Origin: Octopus bimaculoides
Taxonomy: Eukaryota
Length of the DNA: 44,664 bases
Direction of reading: 5' to 3'
Assembly (NCBI RefSeq): GCF_001194135.2
Contig: NC_069004.1
Location: 21,296,677 to 21,341,340 of the forward strand
Every line of letters begins with the position of its first letter. Position 1 is the stretch's first letter. Shown one piece after another: positions 1 through 11,635 of this stretch. Both the position numbers and the translations under genes were made by a program. Below the pieces are notes generated by a model. That model was given only the letters and a program-made list of their open reading frames with translations, was not told the DNA's origin and searched no databases.

Positions 1-640
1 GGTGCTGGTGTTATTGGCAAGGAAGTATAAAGGAAGTAAATTAGGAAAAAAAAAATATATTAAGTAGTGATAAGATCAAAAAAGAAATAAATCTATTCTA
101 AAGATGATATAAGGGGGACCATTTTGCTAGGTCGAATAGGTTGCCTATAGGGAGTTGTGTGATTATGTTGTGTGGTCATTTCTGCATTTGTGTCTGTGAT
201 AGAATTTTAATGTATGGAAAAAACGGTGATTGCAGGTGCTAAATGCTTCGTTATATCGATTAAGTAGAGTGGGAGAATTGTATTTCAAAATATGGAACAC
301 CTCCTTTAAGCAGAGTTTGCAATTAGAGCGCTGGCCCTGGTATGGAATTCCAGAGTCTAGGATGGACCATTTTAAAGTATACTGGGCATTTGTGCTTTTG
401 AGGTGATGAATGTGTTTGGCTAGTGTTGTAGATTTACTGTGTTTGTCATATCTAAAAGAGTGCAAATGGGCTGCATAGCGTTGTTTGACGTTTTTAGTTG
501 AACCTATTCGACCTAGCAAAATGGTCCCCCTTATACCATCTTTAGAATAGATTTATTTCTTTTTTGATCATATCACTACTTAATATTTTTTTTTTCCTAA
601 TTTACTTCCTTTATACTTCCTTGCCAATAACACCAGCACC
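1..640. repeat. Inverted repeat, arms 1-142 and 501-640 (about 97% identical), enclosing the GIY-YIG fragment; the left arm runs off the window
   Basis: ggtgctggtgttattggcaag...gtcgaataggtt (1-142) is the reverse complement of 501-640 apart from one 2-nt indel and two substitutions. Confidence 0.95.
163..508 (-). mobile_element. Penelope-like element fragment: GIY-YIG endonuclease C-terminal part
   Basis: IGSTKNVKQRYAAHLHSF...STTLAKHI...KWSI...CKLCLKE...LLNRYNEAFSTCNH resembles PLE GIY-YIG domains. It begins abruptly at the (Y)IG motif. Confidence 0.8.
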
Positions 641-1369
641 ACCTGCAGGCTCCTTGTTGATAACCACAATCAACTCTAAGTAGCATCTGATCCCCCTTCT
701 ACCATTTTGAAATTAGGTTTAGCTCTATTTTTAGAACATGTTACTACTAATTCTTTCTCTCTCTCCTTTTTTCCTTTAATATTGTTTTTAGAATGTCACC
801 CACACCCTCACCACTTATAGCCTACCTCTCCATACTAGCTCCTCGCATTCCTTCTTCCTTACTAAACCTTTACCTCTACCTCCTCTTCCTCCTTTACTCC
901 CTATACTTATTCTCCCTGTCCAGTCAGATTAACTGACCATAAAATCTGTCACTACTATTCCTCACCTGAATTACTTCTCTCTCCCCTTTCCTTTCTGTCT
1001 TAAGACTTGACCTCTTTACCCTACATACATCTCTCACTTGATTTGGGCTATCCTTTAAGTAAACCACACGCAGTATACTCCGGACACGATATGACATATA
1101 ACCACCTTTGCTATATCCACCTTTACTACAACAATTATCTCCGGAAAATACCCACAAGGATTATTTACATGGATATTTACTACTGGAATGAAGCTACACT
1201 CCAAGTACTGTTATTTCTTTCTTTTTTCAGCGCATCACCCTCACTCTCANNNNNNNNNNNNNNNNNNNNNNNNNNNNNNNNNNNNNNNNNNNNNNNNNNN
1301 NNNNNNNNNNNNNNNNNNNNNNNNNNNNNNNNNNNNNNNNNNNNNNNNNNNNNNNNNNNNNNNNNNNNN

Positions 1370-1416
<47 letters not shown>

Positions 1417-1585
1417 CACATATATACATGGTAGACGTTAAACGATGATGATGATGATGATATATATACACAATGTCTATATATGCATACATATATACAT
1501 GCATGCATGCATACGCACACACACGCACGCACGCACACACACACACACACACATTTCTTAATAAATAGAAGACAATGCTACTCAC

Positions 1586-1712
1586 TGTATTTATCCACTG
1601 TTTACAGCCAGCATGACAAGAGGAGAAATAATTGGCCCCATCACTTCCGCATACAGGGAAATAGTGATTATGTTCACAGTGACAAATCTTGAACAATTCC
1701 TTTGATTCAGAA
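1586..1712 (-). CDS. SLCO: SLCO/OATP exon E (127 bp), Kazal-like extracellular domain: (S)SESKELFKICHCEHNHYFPVCGSDGANYFSSCHAGCKQWINT
   Basis: CAG acceptor at 1715-1713, GTGAGT donor from 1585, phase 2-0. C-x-C...PVCGSDG-x-x-YFS-x-CHAGC is typical of the OATP Kazal-like loop. Confidence 0.95.
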
Positions 1713-1816
1713 CTGATGGCAAAAATAAAAATAAAATGGTAAGAGTGAAAACATATAGTATGCATGTTACCTGTTTTGGAGAGCTTGTAAAAGTCATGGA
1801 AACTACATTTTATATA

Positions 1817-1865
<49 letters not shown>

Positions 1866-2022
1866 CTTACGATGAAAGTAAACAAACAAAGTTTGTTTTA
1901 GAAGCGTTGAGATGTATTGAATAGTAGAGAAATAAATTGTTTTTTATTCTCAAACGCGTGATATATATATATATATTCTATAATATATATTATGTATATA
2001 TATATTATATATATATTATACA

Positions 2023-2133
2023 GGTGCAGGAATGGCTGTGTGGTAAGAAGCTTGCTTCCTAACCACATGGTTCTGGGTTCAGTCCCAGTGCATGGCACCT
2101 TGGTTAAGTGTCTTACACTATAGCCTTGGGCCA
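2023..2133 (+). mobile_element. tRNA-derived SINE family A, 5' head only
   Basis: A-box-like tggctgtgtgg and B-box-like ggttcagtccc; same head as 4062. Confidence 0.75.
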
Positions 2134-2392
2134 ATACAGAATATTTCATACTCAAGGATATCCCAGAAACAGCTGTAAGACTGATTTATTTCCAATAATA
2201 ATATTGTATACGACATGACATGTTTGCCTTGCCTGAATGTTTATTGTCCTTTTTAACAATTATATATCTGCTGCATCGGAAATCTGCAATGTCTCCATAA
2301 CTACTGTCTCAGCTATAACCTTACCTAGCGTATCTAATCGTTTACATCACCTGTGAACTAAAACCCATACTTTGTGTGTGTATATATATATA

Positions 2393-2515
2393 TCTACTGC
2401 ATATGTGGAAAATTCTGTCTGTGGGTGTGTTTGTGGAGTTGTTAGCTAATGCCTCCTACACCGTTTTATCGATTTTGATGAAACTTCACACGTGAGAAGA
2501 ACTCATGTCTGGAAG
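2393..2515 (+). mobile_element. Non-autonomous Helitron-like element, 5' end only
   Basis: Starts A|TC after (TA)n and is about 85% similar to 28123-28245. Confidence 0.6.
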
Positions 2516-2521
2516 CATATC

Positions 2522-2787
2522 ATATTGCCTGACACATCTTAAATGGGCTGGACATGCAACATTAGCATCAACCATGGCTGTAATCTCACTTTGGTTGCCG
2601 GGTCTTCTCAAGCACAGCATATCTCCAAAAGTCTTGGTCTCCTGTCATTGCCTCTTTGAAGCCCAATGTTTGAAGATCATGCTTCACTACCTCATCCTAT
2701 GTCTTCCTGGTTCTATCTCTTCCACAGGTTCCTTCCACAGTTAGGGAGTGGCATTTCCTCACACAACTGTCCTAATCCATATGTAAC
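2522..2787 (-). mobile_element. RTE-clade LINE 3' fragment
   Basis: The minus strand gives a degenerate GTCGRxRPRKTWxEVVKHDLQTLG...WRYAVLEKTR, the usual RTE C-terminus. Confidence 0.7.
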
Positions 2788-2797
2788 AGTTAATATC

Positions 2798-3238
2798 ATG
2801 AAAAGAAAGAAATGGGCTAAGGAGATGTCAGAAAAATCCAGTTCATTTTGGGATAGAGTGATTTTCTCAGATGTATCCTGATTTGCATTATTTTCAGACA
2901 GTGGATGTATTTGGGTCTGGAGGCTTCCCAATCAAGAATTTGATTTGAAACGACTCCAACCAACTGTGAAACATGGCGGTATCTCTGTAATGGTATGGGG
3001 AGCTGATCAAATGTGTTGGAACCATAAACTCTGTCAAATACATCGAAATACTTAAGCAAGGATTACTTCTGATGTATTCACATGATAACATAACGAAATA
3101 TGAGTTTTTATTCATGGAAGATGGCGCTCCATGCCACAAAGCGAAAAAGGACTCAACAATGGCTGACTGAAAATGGGATCAAAAAGCTTCCTCGGCCAAG
3201 CCAATCTCCTGACATGAACTCAATTGAAAATCTTTGGG
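2798..3238 (+). mobile_element. Tc1-family transposase pseudogene fragment (DD34E)
   Basis: [22 protein letters not shown] and MEDGAPCH...WLTENGI...PSQSPDMNSIENLW; 34 residues between the second D and E. Stops, frameshifts and an internal deletion. Confidence 0.9.
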
Positions 3239-3240
3239 GC

Positions 3241-3585
3241 GCTGTGTGGCCCTTGGTCCGGTGGCAGATTAAAAAGTACCATTCGAGCGTGATCGTTACC
3301 AGTGTCGCCTTACTGGCACTTGTGCCGGTAGTACATGGAAAACACCATTTGAGCATGGCCGTTGCCAGTACCACCTGACTGGCTCTCGTGCTGGTGGCAT
3401 GTTAAAGCACTCACTACACTCTTGGAGCGGTTGGCATTAGGAAGGGCATCCAGCTGTAGAAACTCTTCCAGATCAGATTGGGGCCTGGTGCAGCCATCTG
3501 GCTCACTAGTCCTCAGTCAAACCGTTCAACCCATGTCAGCATAGAAAGTGGACATTAAACGATGATGGTGATGATGATGATGAGT
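3241..3585 (+). mobile_element. RTE-associated 3' UTR/tail repeat ending in (GAT)n
   Basis: ggcattaggaagggcatccagctgtagaaa...acccatgtcagcatagaaagtggacattaaacgatgatg. A reverse copy lies near 6840-7030 and a short tail remnant at 1428-1461. Confidence 0.65.
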
Positions 3586-4061
3586 GTAGACATTTCCAAT
3601 TATGCAAGTGAATAAGAAAAACTAAAAGAGCACCCCCTTAATCTTCCAATGTTATATTTCTGAAAATGTTGCTATAATGTCGAATTAACAGAAAACCCAT
3701 TTTCCCATTGAAATCCATGTTCCATAACATGGAATTCCACCTTCAGGTCAGATTCTCATGAATCCAATACCATTGTAACACAAGGTATGCTTTTATTACA
3801 AAATATTTTAATGTTAATAATCCTTAATTATGAATCAAAAAATTCTCATATCAAATCAATACAAATATGTCTTTTGTTGATTTGTATTGAGTATGATGAT
3901 GGGTATGCTACAAATACCAATAAATTATAGAATTTGTGCAGCAATATTTCACCAAACCTGAGGTCACTGCTCTACTCAGGAAAACTGTGGCCTTTGGGGA
4001 ATTACACTCACATCTGCCCCAGAAGCAATACTAGGAAGATTTGTTCAGAGTTCTCAATTAT

Positions 4062-4485
4062 GGTGCAAGCATGGCTGTGTGGTAAGAAGCTTGCTTCCCA
4101 ACAACATGGTTCTAGTTTCAGTCCCATAGCATGGCATCTTGAGCTGGTGTTTTTCACCATAGCCTCAGTCTTTAGAAGAAGTGTCTTCTACCAAAGCCTT
4201 GGGAATAGGTTTGATAGATGGAAACTGAGAGAAAAATCCATCATATATATATATATATGTGTGTGTGTGTCTTTGTGTCTGTGTTTGTCCCCCACCATTG
4301 CTTGACAACCAGTGTTGGTATGTTTACATCTCCATAACTTAGTGGTTCAATAAAAGAGACAAATAAAATAAGTACCAGGGGTTGATGAAAAAAAGAGTAC
4401 TGGGGTTGATTCACTTGACTAAAATTTTGTCAAGGTGGTGCTCCAGCATGGCCACAGTCTAATGACTGAAACAAGTAAAAGAGAA
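4062..4485 (+). mobile_element. tRNA-derived SINE family A, near full length
   Basis: Head as at 2023, an internal (TA)(TG) microsatellite, and a tail ccagcatggccacagtctaatgactgaaacaagtaaaag shared with 13001-13215. Confidence 0.8.
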
Positions 4486-4894
4486 AAGAAAAGATATGAT
4501 CACTTGGTTGAAAAAACTTAGAGGACAGCAATGTCAATACCAATTGATTAAATTGATCCCAGCAGTTCATTGTTACTTTATTTCATTGATACCTGAGAGA
4601 TGAAAGGAAAAGATGATCCTGGTGGGATTTGAACTCAGAACTTAAAGGCTGGATGTGAATACCACAAGGTATTTTGTCTGGCACTTTAACAACTTTGTAA
4701 ATCTACAGTTTTCTTGTGAGAAGCAATGATTCCAGGCATGGTGGAATAATGTTGCACAAATGCTATAATTTATTGGATTTGTGCATCACCTGTGCATCAT
4801 GAGTTGCAATGATACTTGATAAATTTTAAGACAATAAACAAATTCAAATATTAATGTGCAAAACGAAACAATATCAATTACTGTTACAATACTA

Positions 4895-5108
4895 ATAATT
4901 CTTTCTCATATAAGCACAAGGCATGAAATTTTGGAGGAAGGGACTAGTTGATGTAATGGACCCCAGTGCTCAACTGGTATTTATTTTATCAATCCGGAAA
5001 GGATGAAAGGCAAAGTCAACCTCAGTGGAGTTTGAACTCAGAATGTGCAGAAGAATGAAATGTCACTAAGCATTTTGTCCAGCATGCTAATGATTCTGCC
5101 AGCTCGTC
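4895..5108 (-). mobile_element. tRNA-derived SINE family B
   Basis: Reverse strand reads gagctggcagaatcattagcatgctggacaaaatgcttag...gagttcaaac...ctttgcctttcatcc. Similar copies near 4540-4700, 36290-36420, 37505-37636, 38480-38645 and 38650-38770. Confidence 0.8.
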
Positions 5109-5299
5109 ACCTTTACTAATAATAACAATAACATATGACAGCAAATATAAGATAATAATATAGATCAAGGTGATTCGAATATGTGAAAAAAGATAATGGT
5201 ATACTCAAGTACCTAATACAGGGTGACCAATATTAATTGCCAGCAACCAAGTATGTTACAGTTTTGCGAGTCAATATTGTGTCTTGTCTTTTCTGCTGA

Positions 5300-5425
5300 A
5301 GTTAACTTTGCCTTTCATCCTTTTGGGGTCGAGAAATCAAGTACCAGTTGTGTACTGGGGTTGATCTAATCGACTCGCCCCCTCCCCAAAAGTTTCAGGC
5401 CTTGTGCCTAGAGTAGAAAAGAATA
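5300..5425 (+). mobile_element. SINE family B, 3' part, inverted relative to 4895-5108
   Basis: gttaactttgcctttcatccttttggggtcgagaaatcaagtaccagtt...tttcaggccttgtgcct is the reverse complement of about 4905-5030. Confidence 0.75.
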
Positions 5426-5619
5426 TTGTGTCTTGCCTTGTATTAGCAGAGCAATATTCTCACTTTTAAGTTTATCTCTATAGATGCTCTACAGAGTTCA
5501 GAGGCAGCACTAAAAGTTACTGTTTTGTAAATGCATATGTCTATATATGAAATGCAACTGAAGTTTGAAAAAATAGGTACTGTGTGTATATGCATATTAT
5601 TTCTCCTTCTTCAAACCAT

Positions 5620-6247
5620 CCACGAACACATTGCTTAAATAGCCACTAAATTTAGTAGTGTAACACAATTGGACATACCAGTTTTACATATTAAACACGT
5701 TCCTGACAACTGGTACATATATATTAATTGCTGGTAGGGACACTGTACTTTGTTTTGCAACTATAATATTCTAACAAGTATATTAAAGGCTTGTAAGTCA
5801 ATGTTGTGTTCTACTCGTGCTAGCAGTGTGATTCAGTCACTTTTTAAAGCTATCTCTACGGATTTTCTATAGAAATATGACTCGGCATTATGAATACGTC
5901 AATGTAAACAATGTGATTAAGGTTTGAAAAAAAAAAAAAAAAGGTAATGGGTGTATATGCATGTTTCAAATGTTATTGCTCTTTTATCAGCACCACATCC
6001 AACCCACTCTAAAGAGATAAACTTAAAAGTGAGAATCGCACTTCTAACACAAAGTAAGACACAGTATTGATTTGTAAAGCTGTAAGATACTTGTTAGTAT
6101 ATCATGGTTGCAAAATAAAATACTGCATCCGTGCCAGCAATTAATATGTATGTATCAATTGCCAGGAAAGTGTTTAAAATGTAAATTGGTCTATCCAATT
6201 GAGTTACACCCCTAAACCTAGTGTGTATTTAAGCAATGTGTTCGTGG
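5620..6247. repeat. Diverged fold-back element: arms about 5620-5843 and 6027-6247
   Basis: ccacgaacacattgcttaaata (5620) versus tatttaagcaatgtgttcgtgg (6247); the arms align along their length at roughly 75%. Confidence 0.85.
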
Positions 6248-6839
6248 AAACTTGATGGGTATTTCATTTTGTATAAACATGAGCTTTCACAAACATGTGC
6301 TTTTTCTCCCTCTTTTGTTTCTTTTCTATAATTTTCCATATTCTTAATCTTCTGTTTTACTCCTTTTCTTTTTATGAAATATTTTTCTTTCTTCTCTCAC
6401 TCTTTCATTTCAATTTTTGATATGTCAACATTCTTCTTTAGCTTTCTCTCATTACACTTATCTCCCTCACTTTATTTCTCACACTCTTTCCCTTTCCCAT
6501 TCTCTTAATTCCTTCTTTCACATTCCTTTCATTTTTTCTCAGTCTTCTATCACCAGAGTTATTCAATCCCATAATCCTACTAAGTGAAGCTTTTTCATAT
6601 GACATGGAATTGCTGAGCTGATCTGTGATGGGAAGGGAATCAAGATAATTTAGCCAATTGAGAAATCTAATTGCTGACTTAGAGTTAAGCTGCAGAATTA
6701 TATCCTGGTTGTTCAGTCACATAACATAACCTGTTGTGATGATTGTGGAGGACTGGATGTTCAGTAACATAATTAGGAGGTTATCACACTGATAAACACC
6801 AGCTCCTATCCCAAAATATGAGTGAAATTATTTGTGCCC

Positions 6840-7030
6840 TATAAAATCACCACTGCCACCACCATCATCCTTTAATGTCCTTGTTCCAAGCTGGCATGGG
6901 CTACATGGTTTGACAGAGACCAACAGGTCTGAGGACTGCATCATGTTACATTATATACTCTGGTTTGGTTTCTACAGCTGGGTGCCTTTCCCAATGCCAG
7001 CTACTTTACAGAGCATACTTGATTGTTTTT
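6840..7030 (-). mobile_element. RTE-associated 3' tail repeat, reverse copy
   Basis: tttctacagctgggtgcctttcccaatgcc is the reverse complement of the 3435-3465 motif. Confidence 0.6.
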
Positions 7031-7887
7031 CTTTTGTACAATCAGCATTAATGCAATGGCTATGCAGCTAGTACAACTATGAATTTCGAGAGAGGTGACT
7101 ATATGTTAGAAGATGAGGGGCTAAAATATGAGAGAAACAGCCAGAGTAGAACAAGTTTCTTCTGTAAAGGGGCCACATTGGTTACTCATGTTTTAGAAGA
7201 GAGGGTGGGAAGGTAATTGGAGTGGATTGGAGAAGAGATAAGAATAGCAGTGATGTGGCATATGAGTGAACCCTTAAGATATAAGGGGAGTAGAAGTGAA
7301 TTGGAGAAGAAGAACCAGCAATGTGGGCAGGTGTGAACTGTAATTGTGTATGGAGGAAGAGAGAGATGTGAAATAGGTGAGGTGATGAAGAGCAAATGTT
7401 AAAGAGATGGTATGTAGGGGAAGTAGGAAAGAGTAGGGGATAATTGTAGAGATTGGGTAGGGTTGAGAGGTGGATGTAGTGAATGGTAGATAAGGTTTGG
7501 GAGACTGACTCATGATGATGGGGGTTACAAGTAGCAGAATAGTAATGATGATGCAGCAGACAGGGAAAAGATGAGAGAGAGAGAAGAAAGAGAGATGATG
7601 ACTGGTTGAGTAGGTTGCAAGAGTGAGGCAGACATAGAGCATAAGGGGAGTGAGAGACATGGTGGTGGACAAGGTGAGATAATTTGGCGCCATGGTGGTG
7701 GTGGTGGTGGTGGTGGTAAAATGTAAAATATTGGTGGGGAGAACAGTCTTAAGGGTTAAAGATCGATATCAAGTGAAATGGTTCTGAGTAATGAGAAAGA
7801 TTAGTAGTCAACGAAAAACTATGTTTAGAAAGATAAAAGCTAGTGGGGATATCTTCGAGTAGAAATTGATCAAAGGGCTCAGTTGAG

Positions 7888-7922
<35 letters not shown>

Positions 7923-8287
7923 TCAGTAAATCGTAAATCAGAAAGAGAAGCACACTCTAGGTTATAGTGCAGCAAAGTAATTGGATGAAGGTAGCTATGG
8001 CTGGTCTGTGGGGTTACCCTGGGTTTCACAGCCATAAAGTGCTTAGCTTTACAGTATTTCCTCAGACCCTAATAGTTGGTGGGCAATGAACTCACTTCAA
8101 AGTGGAGGGAGAAAAGACCTCATAGTTACTTGTTGACCACTTGGGCATTAAACACAAGGGATTGTCTTCCTCAGACTGCTATCCGTAGTCAACGTGGTTG
8201 GCTTATGGGTTCCAGGACTTCAGTAGGAATCTCCTGAAGTGTAAGCAGGGTCCAAAGGCTTCTGTCCTGGAATTTGATATATGTATA

Positions 8288-8420
8288 TGAAAGCACATGA
8301 CCCAGTGTTTAGGCTGTTGTGCTCATGATTGCAAGAGTGTGGTTTTGATTCCCTGATCAATGATGCGTTGTGTTCTTGAGCAAAGCACTTCATTTCTTGT
8401 TGCTTCAATCCACTGGGTAA
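8288..8420 (+). mobile_element. tRNA-derived SINE family C, head
   Basis: gcacatgacccagtgtttagg...ggttttgattccc...ttcttgagcaaagcacttcatttc; reverse complement of the ends of the 18020, 25790, 33505 and 34590 copies. Another head near 15855-15950. Confidence 0.7.
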
Positions 8421-8982
8421 CCCTGTGTTGCACTGGTATTCCATTCAGGGTGGATGTAGGCCCGCCCACCCAGCCACAGAGGTGGCATATTCGAATGCTA
8501 TAACAATGTAAAGAAACACATTATAACCAGCTGTGTATAACAACATTTGATAGTCCGGCCAATAGAATTATAGTGATATACACACACACACTCTCTCTCT
8601 CTCTCACACACACACATATATATATTGTATTTAAGCAGAAAAAATCTTAATTTAGTGGGCAGAGTTCCATTTACCAGCTAAGAGTTGCTCAAACTTAGAA
8701 AAGGAGTGATATACACACAAGTAAGCACATAAATGCAAAACTAGGTGGAAAAAAAGCAGTACTCGAATATTACTCTGCCTTCAGTATTCGAGTACAATTT
8801 TTTTCTACGTTTTCTTTTTCTACTCTCTTTTGCTTTTATGTGCTTATTTGTGTGTATATCACTCCTTTTCTAAGTTTGAGTGACTCTTCATGACAGAAAG
8901 AAGAAACAGCTGGAAATTAAGATTTTTGGGGGCTTTAACAAAAAGCATATTACTCTATCTTTGGTATTCAAGTATATGTATA

Positions 8983-9018
<36 letters not shown>

Positions 9019-9028
9019 TATACATACA

Positions 9029-11190
9029 TGGTGGTTGGTGGTTGCCTACTCCTTATACAGAGTTTGACCACCTCCTGTACCTACACCTTAGAACCATCAT
9101 GGCATCTGATGTGGCTTTTTAAACCAGACAATGTTCTGAAAAGACACCCACATAGATTGCACCTCTGATTTGGACCACCAAGAACTGCAGATAAGTTCTG
9201 CTCTTTGTGGATCTTAAAATGTCTCTTGAGGCCTCTGTTGGATTTGCAAACCTTTTGGCATACACTGCATTCAAAGTTGTGCACAGACATACAGGCAGAA
9301 TAGTTGGTGGAGGTTTGTTTTCCATGTGTTCGCAGATAAGATTGGAGGCCAGCAAAAGACAGGTATGGTCTGTCACAGACTGCACACAAAGAGGTTATTG
9401 TCATTCACCTTTTCGATCGTTACGTTCTTCCTTAGATCTCTTTTGAGTCTAACTTGTATTATCCTGGCCTCTTCAAATGATTTTACTCTACTCCACACCT
9501 TTGTTCACCATCCAACTCAATCCAAAGCAAGGGTTTCTATATCTTCTAGAACCATTCCAAGTGACTTAATAGTAGTCCTTATGCCGTCCTTAAACCATTT
9601 TTTTTGGTAGGTTTATGCCGATAGCGTTTCCCCTCTGCAAGCTCACCAGAAAACAGCTGTTTCGGCATGCGTTCATCTGCCATTCAAACAATATGGCCAC
9701 ACCATCTCAATTGGTTCCTCAAAATCATAGCAGGAATACAACAGGGATGATAAGATAAATGATTTGTAAAGAGCCTGTTTTATATTCTTATTTATATGCC
9801 GCTAGCACCAAACGCGTGACTCCAAGCCACCGAATGCTTTTGTTGCCCTTTGAATTTGCAGCTGTATTTCTGTATCAAGATTTCCATCATTTTGAACAGA
9901 GCTTCCAAGGTAAACAAATGAATCGACAACCTCAAGTAACTTATCCTTAACGAAATTTTTGTGGGGTTACAAACATCACCACACGCAGGTTGATGCATTA
10001 CAACTGTTTTTTTCAAGTTGATGGTCAAGCCAAAATCATCACAAGCTGAGTTAAATGCAGATACAAGAGATTGCAGACCTGTTTCAGAATGACTCACAAG
10101 ATTGCAATCGTCAGCATACAAAAGTTCCCTAAGGAGTGAAGTAAAAACCTTCGTTTTGAATTTCAGTTTGTTCAGATTAAAAACATTCCCTATTGTTCGA
10201 TATTTTATGTAAGTACCCTCCTCAGAGTTTTGAAAAACATGTGACAACACAACAGCAAAGTATATTACAAAGAGGGTGGATGCATCAAGTTCTTGCTTTA
10301 TTCCATTTTCTATGACAAAAGATCCGGAGAGCCTACCACCTAAAATAACTCTAGATTTCATATCTTGATGCAAAGCCCTGATCATGTTTACAAATTGTTC
10401 TGGGCAACCTATTTTCCTTAGAATTAACCACAGAGCATTTCAATTAACAGTATCAAATGTTTTGCTCGAATCAACAAAGCCATGGTATCAGGCAAGATTC
10501 TGTTCAATGCACTTTTCTTGTAATTGTCTGACAGTAAAGATACAGTCAGCTGTGCCCCTGGAGGAACAAAAACCACACTGAGACTCAGACACTATATTTG
10601 GAACTATTAAGGTATTTAAACGGTCTAACAAAATGCGGGCAAGTACCTTTCCAACCACAGACAAAAGTGAAATCCTGTGGAAATTACCACACAGATCTTT
10701 TGGCCCCAATTTATACAAGAAGACTAAAATGGCATCAATCCAGTCTTGAGGCACTTTTTCAGCTCTCCAACAGTAACAAATTAATATATTTAAGAGTTCA
10801 AGCATTTTGTCACCCCCCACATTTCAAGACTTCTGCTCAGATTCCATCAGACCCTGGAGACTAATTGTTATTCAGTTTATTCACAGCTAATTAGATGTCA
10901 TTTAGATTTGGTTCAAATGCCATCACTTCTATAACTGGAAGGTGTTTGATTTTTAGTGGATGATGGTCTGTTCAAAAGTGCAGAAAAATGTTCTACCCAG
11001 TGCTTATGAATAGAAGCAGTGTCAGTCAGAATTAAATGTCCATTTGCTGTTCTCACTGGAGCTATTGAGGAAGGTTTTGGGCCATATGCCTTCTTAACAT
11101 AAGAGTACAAATGCTTAGCATCATTTCTATCAGATGCTTCTTGTGTCCCTTTTGCTCTATCATTTCACCATTCCTTTTTTTTTATATTGC
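9029..11190 (-). mobile_element. 5'-truncated RTE (BovB-like) LINE, degenerate RT plus C-terminal C2H2 fingers
   Basis: YGPKPS...WVEHFSALLN, ISLLSVVGKVLARI, SESQCGF, FVDxSKTFDTV, LLYADD, FGLTINLKKT. Frameshifted. The 3' end abuts a (TA)/(CATA) microsatellite. Confidence 0.93.
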
Positions 11191-11534
11191 GTGCAGAAGC
11201 AAGCTGCTATCATCTCTAGCAGATGAGGTGTCCAGTACTGAGGAGTGGCAGAAATAGCCAAAAACCAGGACTGGTCTACTGGTCCCATTACTAGAAGATG
11301 GTAGGGGTTCGCTAACCTGCTTGCAATTTTGATGCAGCTGTGCATTATTGACCAGCTTGAGGAGATGTCCTTGTGGCGTTAAAAAATCACAGTAGAGGCC
11401 GCTCAAACAGACAGCCATGTTAAAGTGGCTATGAATATTACTTATAATTCTATTAGAATGCTAACACCATGTGTATGAAATATTTTGGTTGCACTTGTAT
11501 TTAATTCAGATAGAATCTTGAAATATGGTGAATA

Positions 11535-11635
11535 GTACCCTGAAGAAGCAGAATCAGAAATTAACACCAAAATGCACACCAAGATGCAAATTTTTGCAGT
11601 GTGCACTGATTGGCTGCAAAAACATATGTAGGTAC
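11535..11635 (+). ncRNA. Degenerate type-I hammerhead-like motif (probably a PLE pLTR remnant)
   Basis: GTACC-CTGAAGA-A-GCAG...CTGC-AAAAA-CATATGT-A-GGTAC. Stem I, stem II and a palindromic stem III are present, but G12 of GAAA reads A. Confidence 0.6.

Noticed and set aside
7960-8060. LYGCET-like RTE motif on the minus strand
   Set aside because: Too short and degenerate to set boundaries.
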